Assembly: GCA_050250895.1 (NCBI GenBank)
Contig: JBFWNU010000004.1
Span: 398,934-462,933, forward strand
From: Vulcanimicrobiota bacterium
Lineage (GTDB): Bacteria > Vulcanimicrobiota > Xenobia > Xenobiales > JADMJV01
Direction: 5' to 3'
Length of the DNA stretch: 64,000 nucleotides
The notes under the pieces were generated by a model. That model ran no database searches. It was not told the DNA's origin and saw only the letters and a list, made by a program, of their open reading frames with translations. The number at the start of each line of letters is the position of its first letter. Position 1 is the first letter of the stretch. Made by a program: the position numbers and the translations under genes. Of this stretch, positions 38,290 to 47,743 are shown in pieces.

Positions 38290-39588
38290 ATGACGTTGCA
38301 ACTCCAGATCCAACCGCGCACCGCCGAGACCATCATCGCCGCCCTGCGGGCCGGCACCGTCCCCCAAGAGGGCCTGGCTCACTATGCCGTCGGCCTTGAC
38401 CCCCAGCTAGCCGCCCTGCAAGAGCAGATGCGCTTCGTGGCCTCGGGCCGCAGCGCCTATAAATTCATCCGCGGCAGCTACGGCTCGGGCAAGACCTTTC
38501 TCACCAGCCTGGCCGCCAGTCTGGCTCCCGAGCACGGCTTTCTCTTCTCGAAGGTGGTCATCTCCTCCACCGACACGCCTCTGTTCAAGCTGGTCGAAGT
38601 CTATCGGCGAGCCTGCCAGGGTCTGTCGCTGTCGCCTGACCGGGTAGGCGGCGGCCTGCGCAGCCTGCTCGACCGCTGGCTCTACAATCTTGAAGAAAAG
38701 GTGGTCAACCTGCAGGGCCTCGACGAAGACAGCCCCGAGTTCGCCGAAGCCGTCAAGGCCCAGGTGCAACAGCAGTTGACCGTGGTGGGCGACTCGGCCG
38801 GCCGGCTGGCTGCCTGTCTGGCCGCCTATCATCAGGCCCAGCTCGAGCAAGACTTCGAGCAATCGCGGGCCCTGCTCGACTGGATGGCCGGCGAGCCCAA
38901 GGTGGCGGCCCACCTCAAGCGCGTGGCCGGTGTCACCGGCCAACTCGAAAACAGCGACGCGCTGGCCTTTTTGCGCGGCCTGCTCGAGGTCATGCGGGCC
39001 TCGGGTTACAACGGCCTGGTGCTGGTGCTCGACGAGGTCGAGACGGTGTTGCGCCTGCGCCGGCCCGAACGGCACAAAAGCCTCGAGGTGCTGCGCCAAC
39101 TGATCGACGCCTGCGACCGCCACGAGTTTCCCGGGTTGCAACTGCTGGTCACCGGCACTCCCGATTTCTTCGAGAGTTCGCAGGGCGTGCCGGCCCTGGC
39201 GCCCCTTAACGACCGCATCAAGGTGCTGTTTGAAGAGGGTCAGCCCGACAATCTGCGCCAACCCCAGATCCGCCTGGCCGCCTTCGGAGCCGAACGCCTG
39301 TCCGAAGTGGCCCGCAAAGTGCGCGATCTGTATCCTGGCGAAGGGCGCCACCGCTTTAGCGAGGCTGTCATCGGGCAGATGGTCGATCGCTTCACGGCTG
39401 GCTTCGGCGGTCGGGTCGATGTGGTGCCGCGCCTGTTCTTGCGCGAGCTGGTGCACCAGTTGGACCTGGCCGATCAATATCCCGACTATGACCCGCTGGG
39501 CGGCCTGCGCACCCAGGTCGACGACTCGGCTCTCACTCCCGAAGAAAAAAGCCTGCTCGAGCCGGCCGGCAAAGAGATCGAGCTGTGA
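38290..39588 (+). CDS. brxD: BREX system ATP-binding protein BrxD, copy 2
   Basis: IIAALRAGTVP, GSYGSGKT, LVLDEVE, PRLFLR; clear paralog of 5265-6569. Confidence 0.85.
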   Translation: MTLQLQIQPRTAETIIAALRAGTVPQEGLAHYAVGLDPQLAALQEQMRFVASGRSAYKFIRGSYGSGKTFLTSLAASLAPEHGFLFSKVVISSTDTPLFKLVEVYRRACQGLSLSPDRVGGGLRSLLDRWLYNLEEKVVNLQGLDEDSPEFAEAVKAQVQQQLTVVGDSAGRLAACLAAYHQAQLEQDFEQSRALLDWMAGEPKVAAHLKRVAGVTGQLENSDALAFLRGLLEVMRASGYNGLVLVLDEVETVLRLRRPERHKSLEVLRQLIDACDRHEFPGLQLLVTGTPDFFESSQGVPALAPLNDRIKVLFEEGQPDNLRQPQIRLAAFGAERLSEVARKVRDLYPGEGRHRFSEAVIGQMVDRFTAGFGGRVDVVPRLFLRELVHQLDLADQYPDYDPLGGLRTQVDDSALTPEEKSLLEPAGKEIEL

Positions 39589-41696
39589 CGGCCACGGCGG
39601 CCATCAACCCCTTCTTTCGCCTCTCCCAGCGGCTGCGCGACAACATCGTCAGCCGGCTGGGCTGGCGTTCTTTGCGACCGGTCCAAGAGCTTTCTATCGA
39701 CCCTCTCATCGAGGGCAAGAATGCGCTGGTGCTGGCTCCCACCGCCGGCGGCAAAACCGAGGCAGCCATGCTGCCTCTGCTCGACTCGCTGGTGGCTCGT
39801 CCGCCGGCCAGCACGGCCATCATCTATCTCTCGCCGTTGCGGGCTTTGATCAACAATCAAGAAGACCGGGTCGAATTCCTGGCCGGGCTGGTGGGGGCCA
39901 CCTCGTTCAAGTGGCACGGCGAGGTGCCTCAAAACGAGCGCAACCGCTATCTGACCCAGCCCGACCCGGTGCTGCTCATCACCCCCGAGTCGCTCGAGGT
40001 GATCGTGAGCAGCCGCGGCTACGACAAGAAGAAGCTGTTCGGCGACCTGCGGGCGGTGGTTATCGACGAGATCCACGCCTTCGCCGGCGACGATCGGGGT
40101 GACCACCTGGTGGCCCTGCTCGAGCGCCTCTCGCGCATGCTTGGTAACGACTTTCAGCGAATCGGTTTGTCGGCCACCGTGGGCAACCCGGCCAAACTGC
40201 TCGAGTGGTTGTGCGGCCAGAGCCAGCGCCCCTCGCAGATCGTCGACCCGGGGCGGGCCAAAGCCCGGCGTCTCATCGAGGTGCGCCCGCTGGCCCCCGA
40301 AGAAGACCGCGGTTTCATCGGGTCGCTTTTGGCCCAGGGTAAGAAGTCGCTGCTATTCACCGATTCCCGCGGCCAGGCCGAGAAACTACAAAAGGCCATG
40401 GCGGGGGCGGGAGTGCGTACCCTGGCCCACCACAGCTCGCTTTCCAAAGAGCTGCGCGAAGAGACCGAGAACGCCTTTCGGGCCGGCAGCAACTGTTGCA
40501 TCGTGTGCACCTCGACGCTGGAGTTGGGCCTGGATGTGGGCGATCTCGACCTGGTCATGCAGTGCGACGCCCCCTATTCGGTGTCGGCTTTCTTGCAACG
40601 CCTGGGCCGCACCGGCCGGCGCGAAGGCAGTCGCGGCCACATGTGTTTTCTCACCGATCAAGAGTGGAGCTTTCTGCGCGCCTGTGCCCTGGTCAGCCTG
40701 GCCGTCGAAGGCTATGTCGAGCCGGTTCGCCCCACCACCCGGGCCTCGCACGTGTTCGTGCAACAGTTGCTGTTGCGGGTGCTCGAGGGCGGCGACACGG
40801 GCATCGCCAGCCTGCTGGCCGGCATGGGCAATCCCTACTGCTTTCGCGATCTGAGTGCCCGCGAGCGCGAAGAGATCGTGGCTCACCTGCTGGCCATGGG
40901 CGCCCTGGCCAAGGTCGACTCGCGCCTGATCTTTGGGCCCGAGGGCGAGAAGCGCTTTGCCACCAGTAACTTTCGCGACCTCTACTGCGTGTTTGACTCG
41001 AGCAACCAGCTCACGGTGGTCACCCGGGCCAACCGCACGGTGGGCAGCATCGAGGCCTGGTTCGCCCAATCGCTGGGCAAGACGGGCTTTGTCTTTTCGC
41101 TGGGCGGGCGCGCCTGGAAGGCCCTCGAGTGCGACTGGAATCGGGGCGTGCTGGTGGTCGAGCAGTCCCTGGGCGGGTCGGCTCCCTCCTGGACCGGCCC
41201 TCCCCGACCGCTCTCGCGGCGGCTGGCCGAAAAGATCCGCGACCTGCTGGTCGAGGTCGAGCCGGTGGCCTTTTTGGCCGAGCCCGCTCAGGCCGTGCTC
41301 GACAAGCTGCGGGGCGAGTGGGGCCGACGCCTCGAAGACGGGCCCACCGTCGAGGCGGTGGGCAAACGCCTGCGTATTCTCACCTTTGCCGGCGGTCAGG
41401 TGAACAATCTGCTGGCTCGCTATCTAGAGCTGCACATGGGCAGCCGGGTGGCCAGCAACAACTACTGGCTGATGGCCGATCTCGAAGCGAGTCGGCTGGC
41501 CGAGATCCTCACCTGCATCAGTGGTCCCGACGACCTGGCCGCGGCCACTGTCGAAGTGCCCCGCGGTCGGCTGTCGAAGTTTCAAGAATTACTGCCCCCC
41601 CAGCTCGAGCGCGAGTTCTTGATGGAAAGACTCTACGACATTCCGGCCACCCTCGAAGTGGTCGAACGCCTCAAGGAAGCAAGATGGCAACTGTAA
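39585..41696 (+). CDS. Lhr-like DEAD/DEAH helicase (BrxHI-like)
   Basis: APTAGGKTEA, TPESLE, DEIH, LSATVGNP, TSTLELGLDVG, QRLGRTGR; GTGA overlap with brxD. Confidence 0.88.
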   Translation: MTATAAINPFFRLSQRLRDNIVSRLGWRSLRPVQELSIDPLIEGKNALVLAPTAGGKTEAAMLPLLDSLVARPPASTAIIYLSPLRALINNQEDRVEFLAGLVGATSFKWHGEVPQNERNRYLTQPDPVLLITPESLEVIVSSRGYDKKKLFGDLRAVVIDEIHAFAGDDRGDHLVALLERLSRMLGNDFQRIGLSATVGNPAKLLEWLCGQSQRPSQIVDPGRAKARRLIEVRPLAPEEDRGFIGSLLAQGKKSLLFTDSRGQAEKLQKAMAGAGVRTLAHHSSLSKELREETENAFRAGSNCCIVCTSTLELGLDVGDLDLVMQCDAPYSVSAFLQRLGRTGRREGSRGHMCFLTDQEWSFLRACALVSLAVEGYVEPVRPTTRASHVFVQQLLLRVLEGGDTGIASLLAGMGNPYCFRDLSAREREEIVAHLLAMGALAKVDSRLIFGPEGEKRFATSNFRDLYCVFDSSNQLTVVTRANRTVGSIEAWFAQSLGKTGFVFSLGGRAWKALECDWNRGVLVVEQSLGGSAPSWTGPPRPLSRRLAEKIRDLLVEVEPVAFLAEPAQAVLDKLRGEWGRRLEDGPTVEAVGKRLRILTFAGGQVNNLLARYLELHMGSRVASNNYWLMADLEASRLAEILTCISGPDDLAAATVEVPRGRLSKFQELLPPQLEREFLMERLYDIPATLEVVERLKEARWQL

Positions 41697-43045
41697 CCGG
41701 TAAAAAGAAAAAGGCTAAGGCTAAGGCGGCGCGGGCTCCGGTCGAAGAGGGAGTGCGTCTCAAACCGGCCAGCCGCGATCCCCTGCACCTGTGGATCGAG
41801 GCAGCCCGCCAGCGCGGCGCCACCAAAGTGGTGGTCGAGGCCACTCCCGATCGCCTCAAGCTGACCGACGACAGCCGCGGCCTGAGCGAGAAATCGCTGG
41901 CTGCGCTGCTGCGCGCCTTTCCGGCCGAGGGCAAGGTGGTGGCCACCACCCGCCGCAAAGACAAGGGCTATTGCCTGGTCTGGGACGGCAAGCTCAAGCG
42001 CGGCAAGCACTATTCGCCGGCTCTGGGCTCACGGCTGGTGTGGCAAGACTATCCGGGCGACGCCGAGCGCCTGCGCGGGCTGCCCGGAGTCGAGTTGCGC
42101 CTGGGCGCCGAAGCCCTCTTTCCCGAGGCCGAGAACCTGGGCCATTCCAAGTTTGTTCACGACGGGCAAGAGTGGCTGGCCCGCATTTTCGTGGTCAGCC
42201 CGGCCGACCCCACCCCGCCCGGATTCTATCTCTGCTCGGACGGCGTGCCGGTGGTGGCCGGAGATTGGCTGGGATTGGTCGAGCACGTCGAAGCAGCCCG
42301 CCTGGCCCGGGTAGTGGTGGAGGGGCCGTGTGACTTTGCCGAAGGGGCTCCCGGCTGGCTCATACCGCGGCTGACCCAGCTGGCCAAACTGGCCACCCGC
42401 AAATCGAGCGAGCGTATCCCACCGCGTATCCTGCCCACCGGACGCAAGGAGCTGATCGCGGCGCTGTTCGCGGCTCCAGAATTCTTGACCCGGCTCGAGC
42501 TGCACAAAGGCCAGTTGCCTCCCATCGCCACCGTGCGCCAAATTCTCGAGCTGGTCTGTGAAGTGGGCGGCCAGATCGATGTCGAACATCTCTCGCGCCG
42601 GCTCAACCTGCCCGCGCGCCGCACCGGCGAGATCCTGGGTCAGATGGCTCCTCTGCTATCGAAAGGCCCCTGGGTTTGCCTTTCTCACAGTCTCGACGGC
42701 AAGCGGTTAGTGCTCGACCAGGGGTTGCTGGCCAGCTGGTTCGAGCTCGAGCCCGACCAGATGCCTTCTGATCGCCGGGTGGTGGCCCGGGCGGCCGACG
42801 GCCGTGACTTTGCGGTGGAAGTGCCGGTGGTGCTCGAGCCCCGCGAACGGCAGTTGCTCGAGGTGCTGACCACCTACGGCAAGGCCAGCGAGCGCGAGTT
42901 GGCGGCCGCCTGCAAGACCCGCCGGGTGGGTGGGCTCATCGAGAACCTGATGAACCGCCTCGAGCGGGGCGGCTGGACCGGCCTGCGTCTCGAAGGCGAG
43001 GGTCCCGACGGACGCATCTATAGCCTCGAGCGTCGCGCCGTCTAG
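41684..43045 (+). CDS. Degenerate GHKL-like domain + PglZ-C-like wHTH + terminal wHTH protein
   Basis: ATG 41684; LTDDSRGL; region resembling the BREX-2 PglZ C-terminus; terminal domain shared with 3502-5271. Confidence 0.7.
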   Translation: MATVTGKKKKAKAKAARAPVEEGVRLKPASRDPLHLWIEAARQRGATKVVVEATPDRLKLTDDSRGLSEKSLAALLRAFPAEGKVVATTRRKDKGYCLVWDGKLKRGKHYSPALGSRLVWQDYPGDAERLRGLPGVELRLGAEALFPEAENLGHSKFVHDGQEWLARIFVVSPADPTPPGFYLCSDGVPVVAGDWLGLVEHVEAARLARVVVEGPCDFAEGAPGWLIPRLTQLAKLATRKSSERIPPRILPTGRKELIAALFAAPEFLTRLELHKGQLPPIATVRQILELVCEVGGQIDVEHLSRRLNLPARRTGEILGQMAPLLSKGPWVCLSHSLDGKRLVLDQGLLASWFELEPDQMPSDRRVVARAADGRDFAVEVPVVLEPRERQLLEVLTTYGKASERELAAACKTRRVGGLIENLMNRLERGGWTGLRLEGEGPDGRIYSLERRAV

Positions 43046-43122
43046 GCGGGCCTTGAGCTCAGACTGACCAAAGCGTATAGTGGAAGGGCGGGATTGTCTC
43101 CAGTTGAGACAGGAGACCCTCG

Positions 43123-44001
43123 ATGAAACTCGGTTTACACATCGCCTCGGTACCGTGGGAAGGTGGTGCCCCGCGGCTTCGAGAGCATCTCATGCGGATC
43201 GTTGAGGCTGCCGAAGCGGCTGGCTTTGACTCCATTGATGTCGCCGACCACGTATGGTTGCATCCCATCATGGGCGGTCCCGAAAAGAGCCAGCTCGAGG
43301 CCTATACCACTTTGGGTTTTATCGCCGCTCGCACCGACAAGGTAAGGTTGCTGACTCTGGTGACAGCGGCTTCGTATCGCCACGCTGGCCTGCTGGCCAA
43401 GATGGTAACCACGCTGGATGTACTCTCTGGAGGTCGAGCCATGCTCGGAATCGGCGCCGGCAACTATCCTGACGAGGCAGCCGGCTTGGGGTTACCTTTT
43501 CCAGAACTGGGTTGCCGCTTTGATCTGCTCGAGGAAACGCTTCAGGTTTGTCTCCGGATGTGGAAAGGAGAAATCGGCGACCAGCGTCCGTTCAAAGGCG
43601 AACACGTCAGTCTGGAACGACCCCTGAACGTGCCTCAAAGCCTCAGCCGGCCCCATCCCCCCATTTTGATCGCCGGCGCCGGAAGACATCGCACTTTGCC
43701 TCTGGTAGCACGCTACGCCGACGCTTGTAACTTGCCACCCTCGGCGGAAATTCCTGACCAATTGGAATGGCTGCGCCAGCTGTGCCAGCGAGAGGGTCGC
43801 GATTATGGGGCCATTGAAAAGACCGCCCCTTTCGGCTTTGAGGTGGACTCTAAAGAGTCGATCGCCCACCTCATCGAAAAGCTTAAGTGGATGGCCGGGT
43901 TGGGCATCGAGACCGTGTTCGGATGGGTGGTCGGTGCCGACCGTCTTGAACCGATACAAATCCTTGGTCGAGAGGTCATTCCGGCGGTGGCCGAATTCTA
44001 A
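43123..44001 (+). CDS. LLM-class (luciferase-like, F420-type) oxidoreductase
   Basis: AEAAGFDS..VADH, LEAYTTLG, TLDVLSGGR, PPILIAG, VARYAD. Confidence 0.9.
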   Translation: MKLGLHIASVPWEGGAPRLREHLMRIVEAAEAAGFDSIDVADHVWLHPIMGGPEKSQLEAYTTLGFIAARTDKVRLLTLVTAASYRHAGLLAKMVTTLDVLSGGRAMLGIGAGNYPDEAAGLGLPFPELGCRFDLLEETLQVCLRMWKGEIGDQRPFKGEHVSLERPLNVPQSLSRPHPPILIAGAGRHRTLPLVARYADACNLPPSAEIPDQLEWLRQLCQREGRDYGAIEKTAPFGFEVDSKESIAHLIEKLKWMAGLGIETVFGWVVGADRLEPIQILGREVIPAVAEF

Positions 44002-44014
44002 GCCGAGTTCCTCA

Positions 44015-44896
44015 TCAGGTGCGAATTCTCTGCTGGGGTAGGTCTTCGAGGTAGTAGCGGTGGGGCCGGATACCCACCTCGCGAAAGTTGCGGGCCAGGG
44101 CCGTGCGCACATCGGCCCGCAGCAGCCAGGCGTCGGTGGGAGTGTCGGCCCAGGCGGCCACCCAGCACTTGAGCCCTTCTTTGCCCGTCTCCATCACCCA
44201 GAAGCGGGGGTCTTCGTGGGGGGCGAAATGCTTGCTCTCGCGGGCTGCAGCCACAGCCAGCCGCTCGACCTCATCGAGGTCGGCTTGATAAGACACCCAG
44301 AACTCTACGTAAGCCCACTGATACAGGTCGGTGATGGAGTAGTTGAGGAACTCGCTCACCAGCATGCGCGAGTTGGGCACCACATAGCGACGCCAGTCCC
44401 AAATCTTGAGCGTGGTGTGAGTCATCGAGATATCTTCGACGGTGGCGTAGTTGTCGTTGTAGAGAACGGTGTCGCCGATGTTGAGCACCTTGGAAAAGCC
44501 CATCACCAGCCCGGCGATGAAATTCTCGACCACCGGCTTGGCGGCCACGCCGACGATCACCGTGAGGGCGCCGAGATAGACGCTCATCACCGCCGCTGGC
44601 AGCGACGTCGAAAACGGGATCAAGACCAGCGCCCCCATCACGATGAGCAGCACCGGCAACACGAAGCGGCGAGTGTTGACGAAGTGCAGCCGAATGCTCT
44701 CCCGGGCCCGGTCGACGGCAACCTCTTTGGGCTCGTCAAAGGGCGACTCGGTGGGGATGGCCTCGAAGGTCTTGCGGCTCGACACCCGTTCCAGGCGTCG
44801 CCACTCGACCTTGCCCAGGTAGTAGAGCAGAATGCGCCACAGCGCCAGGACGGCCAGCAGCAGGACGACCGCGACCGTAAGCATTGTCGCATCCAT
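44015..44896 (-). CDS. mscS: Small-conductance mechanosensitive channel family protein
   Basis: GVAAKPVVENFIAGL, IGDTV, VEDI, VVPNS; probable start ATG 44896. Confidence 0.85.
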   Translation of the reverse strand: MDATMLTVAVVLLLAVLALWRILLYYLGKVEWRRLERVSSRKTFEAIPTESPFDEPKEVAVDRARESIRLHFVNTRRFVLPVLLIVMGALVLIPFSTSLPAAVMSVYLGALTVIVGVAAKPVVENFIAGLVMGFSKVLNIGDTVLYNDNYATVEDISMTHTTLKIWDWRRYVVPNSRMLVSEFLNYSITDLYQWAYVEFWVSYQADLDEVERLAVAAARESKHFAPHEDPRFWVMETGKEGLKCWVAAWADTPTDAWLLRADVRTALARNFREVGIRPHRYYLEDLPQQRIRT

Positions 44897-44960
44897 GGCA
44901 AGGCTGACTGTGGAAAGGTCTGGCACGCCTCGACTGTATGAGCCGGCGCTGAAAGAACCC

Positions 44961-47708
44961 TTACGGCGTCGTGAGCCGCGCCAGGTGGGCTTCGGCCCGG
45001 GCGCGACGCTCGGGCAGGTTGTTCTCGAGTAAGGTCTCGATCCAGGCGCCCTCGAGGAACTTGCGCCAGCTCTCGCGCGCGTCCTCGGGGCGCTCAAGAC
45101 GCTCGGCGGCTAGCGCTCGGGTCTCCCACACCGAGACTGGAGCTCCGCCAGCGGTGTGTTGCTCACACAACGCCCAACTGCCGGCGGGATCGGATTCCAG
45201 CAGCATTCTTGCTTTCAGGGCCAGAGCGGCGGGGTTCTTGGGGTCCAGGCTCAGCGATTTCTCGAGCGCCCGCCAGGCCTCGTCAGCTTGCCCGGACAGG
45301 GCTAGACTTTCCGCCCAGTTACTCCAGGCCAAGGAAAGCCCGGGGGATAGCTCCAGGACGCGCTCATAGAAAGGCAAGGAGGCCTTCAGGTCGCCGTCGA
45401 GGGCGGTGGTGGTCCCGAGAGCCGTAAGCGCGTCGACGGTCTCACAGGCCTCGACCGCCAGTTCTGCCTGGCTTCGAGCCTCTTTAAATCGGCCTAGCCT
45501 CATATAGAACCAGGCTCGTCCCGTGTGATGCAAGCAAATCCCCAGGGGATCGTCGGTGTCTGGACGTGGCTCGTAGGCTTTGAAGGGTTCGTGCAATCGG
45601 CTCGCTCCAGCCGGTGGCTCGAGGCCCACGAATTCGACCTTCTGCAGTTCCTCGAGGTGCTCGCGCAGCGCCTCTAGAATGGCCGGCGTCTGCAGCATTG
45701 CATCCCGACTAAGGGCCTCGAGGATGGCCGAGCGCAGCGACTGCTCGCCGTGGCTCGAGAGCGAGGCCAGCCGGTCTCGAGCCTCGAGCCCGAGCATGCG
45801 ATAGGCCGCGCACTGGGGGTCGGTGCACAGACGCTGCAAAAGCTGCTGGTGGTTTCGCGCCCCTTTCAGGGCACGGGTGAGGGGAACCGAATAGTGGACC
45901 TCGGCCAACGAGGTTGTTGGCGACAGCAGAGCGGTAAGAGGAGCCGCACAGAGGCCGTCGAGGAGCAGGTGGACGCCGTGCTCGACCTCGGGATTGCTAC
46001 TCCAATACCAGACCCCGCCAGCCCGAGCCATCTCGACCAGACTGAGGGCCGGCGCACCAGGGCGAGGCAGGGTGAGCGAGTGGATGAACTCCCAAAGTTC
46101 TTCGGGGTCCATGGCGCCGCTCGAGGTTGCCACGGACAACCGCGGCAGAGCCTCCAACAGACGAAGCAGCGAGTCTTTTTGTCCCAGAAGCCCAGCCGAG
46201 TGGGTTAGCCAGTTCAAGAAGCCCAGCGAATGGAATAGGTGAAGCTCGGGCGAGAGCCCGGTTGATTGCAGCAGGCAGTAATAGAGGTCTCCGGGGTCGA
46301 CAGGCAGTTCCTCGCTGGTCACATCCAGAAAGGGCACACCATGGTGGTGAGTGCAGGCACCGTCAGGAGAAAACACGCGTAACCAGGGCAGGCAATCGGC
46401 TCGCAGACCCATCTCGCCCGCTCCTGATGGCAGCGGCACCCGGAACACGTAGCCCTTTTCGCTCAGCCGTCTTCGGGGCGGCTCGGCGACCCGGATGCGG
46501 TGAGGAAAATGAGCCTGGAGTTCGGGGCCCGGAGCCGCCTCGGTCCAAAGCACTCCGGGGGCGGTCCGCTTCGAACTCGCCGGGCTGACGGAAAGATAGC
46601 CCCGCCGTCGATACTCGGCCTGGAGGTCCTCGATAGAAAGCCGTTGTCCGTCGGTATTGGCAAAAAGAGGCCGCCTGACCAGGCCCGATTCGGGGTCGCT
46701 GCGGCACTTCTCGAGAACCCATTCGAGATAGGCCGACCCGGCCGCCTGGGGCCTGGCCAGCAGGTGCTCTACCAAAGCGTTCTCTAGCCATTGCTGGATC
46801 TCTTCGGTCCATTGCTCGAGAGCGTCACCTTCCACCAAAGCCGAGCGGGATAGGTCCAGGGGCAGCTCCTCGCTCCACCACAGCACCCTGGCCATCGGCA
46901 CCGAGGGTTGCCAGTCGGGCTCGTAGCTGACTCCTGAGCGGATCACCAGCACGCGACCGACCCGGGGGCGGGCTTCTCCGGCCCAGGTGGGAGGCTGACT
47001 CGGTTGGCCAAACAGTTGTGGGCTGCGCAAATCAGGGGCAATATCGCCCCCCAGCGCCAGATAGCCGCTGCCGGAAGCAGTGGGGACGGCCACATCGTAA
47101 TCGCACTCAAACGTTGGCTCGCCCACCTTGATCAAGATGTCCCGCTCACCAAAGTCGAGTGTAACCGGCACGTCGTTTCCCTGCAGTTGCAGACACAACG
47201 GGGCCAGGCGACAGCGCTGGCGCAGCAGCCGGTCTTCTTTGCCGGGCAACCAGCGGGCCAGAGCACCCTTCCACCAGGGGCCGTAGAGGTGCAGGCCGGT
47301 CTGGTCACGGGGCTGCTCCAGGGGTGCGACCGTGAGCTCCTTTTGGTCGAGCACCAGGCGATGGCTTCGGCCCAGCAGTTCGACCCGACCGTAGAGGTTG
47401 CGCGCCGCCCACAGACCCAAGGCTAGCTCGCTGTCAGACTGACCCGGCATCAGCCCCAGCAAGTCTTTCTCCTCGAGGGGGTGGCCGTCCCAGGCCAGAG
47501 TCAGCACCCTCGAGTCTTGTCGGCAAGAAAAACGGCTTGCCTTAGCTTCGACGGCGGCCGCCATGAGGCGCAGCACGTACTCGCCGGGGTCGACCAGAGC
47601 GAGTCTGGGCAACAGCTGATGAGCGCGGGCCAGATCCAGGTGGAAGGTGCCCGACGAATCCACTGTGCCCTGAGCCCGCAGCTCGCTCAACCAGCGCTCC
47701 ATGCTCAC
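44961..47708 (-). CDS. Large protein: GHKL-like N-terminal domain + C-terminal TPRs
   Basis: N-terminal GTVDSSGTFHLDL shared with 24510-26405; TPR motifs (YERVLELSP, LEKSLSLDP). Confidence 0.75.
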   Translation of the reverse strand: MSMERWLSELRAQGTVDSSGTFHLDLARAHQLLPRLALVDPGEYVLRLMAAAVEAKASRFSCRQDSRVLTLAWDGHPLEEKDLLGLMPGQSDSELALGLWAARNLYGRVELLGRSHRLVLDQKELTVAPLEQPRDQTGLHLYGPWWKGALARWLPGKEDRLLRQRCRLAPLCLQLQGNDVPVTLDFGERDILIKVGEPTFECDYDVAVPTASGSGYLALGGDIAPDLRSPQLFGQPSQPPTWAGEARPRVGRVLVIRSGVSYEPDWQPSVPMARVLWWSEELPLDLSRSALVEGDALEQWTEEIQQWLENALVEHLLARPQAAGSAYLEWVLEKCRSDPESGLVRRPLFANTDGQRLSIEDLQAEYRRRGYLSVSPASSKRTAPGVLWTEAAPGPELQAHFPHRIRVAEPPRRRLSEKGYVFRVPLPSGAGEMGLRADCLPWLRVFSPDGACTHHHGVPFLDVTSEELPVDPGDLYYCLLQSTGLSPELHLFHSLGFLNWLTHSAGLLGQKDSLLRLLEALPRLSVATSSGAMDPEELWEFIHSLTLPRPGAPALSLVEMARAGGVWYWSSNPEVEHGVHLLLDGLCAAPLTALLSPTTSLAEVHYSVPLTRALKGARNHQQLLQRLCTDPQCAAYRMLGLEARDRLASLSSHGEQSLRSAILEALSRDAMLQTPAILEALREHLEELQKVEFVGLEPPAGASRLHEPFKAYEPRPDTDDPLGICLHHTGRAWFYMRLGRFKEARSQAELAVEACETVDALTALGTTTALDGDLKASLPFYERVLELSPGLSLAWSNWAESLALSGQADEAWRALEKSLSLDPKNPAALALKARMLLESDPAGSWALCEQHTAGGAPVSVWETRALAAERLERPEDARESWRKFLEGAWIETLLENNLPERRARAEAHLARLTTP

Positions 47709-47743
47709 GGGCGAGCAGTTCGATCAGGCTCAAAGATGTCCCG

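Noticed and set aside
38290-43045. Complete BREX type 2 system
   Set aside because: No PglW kinase, PglX methyltransferase, PglY or PglZ phosphatase domain is present in the window.
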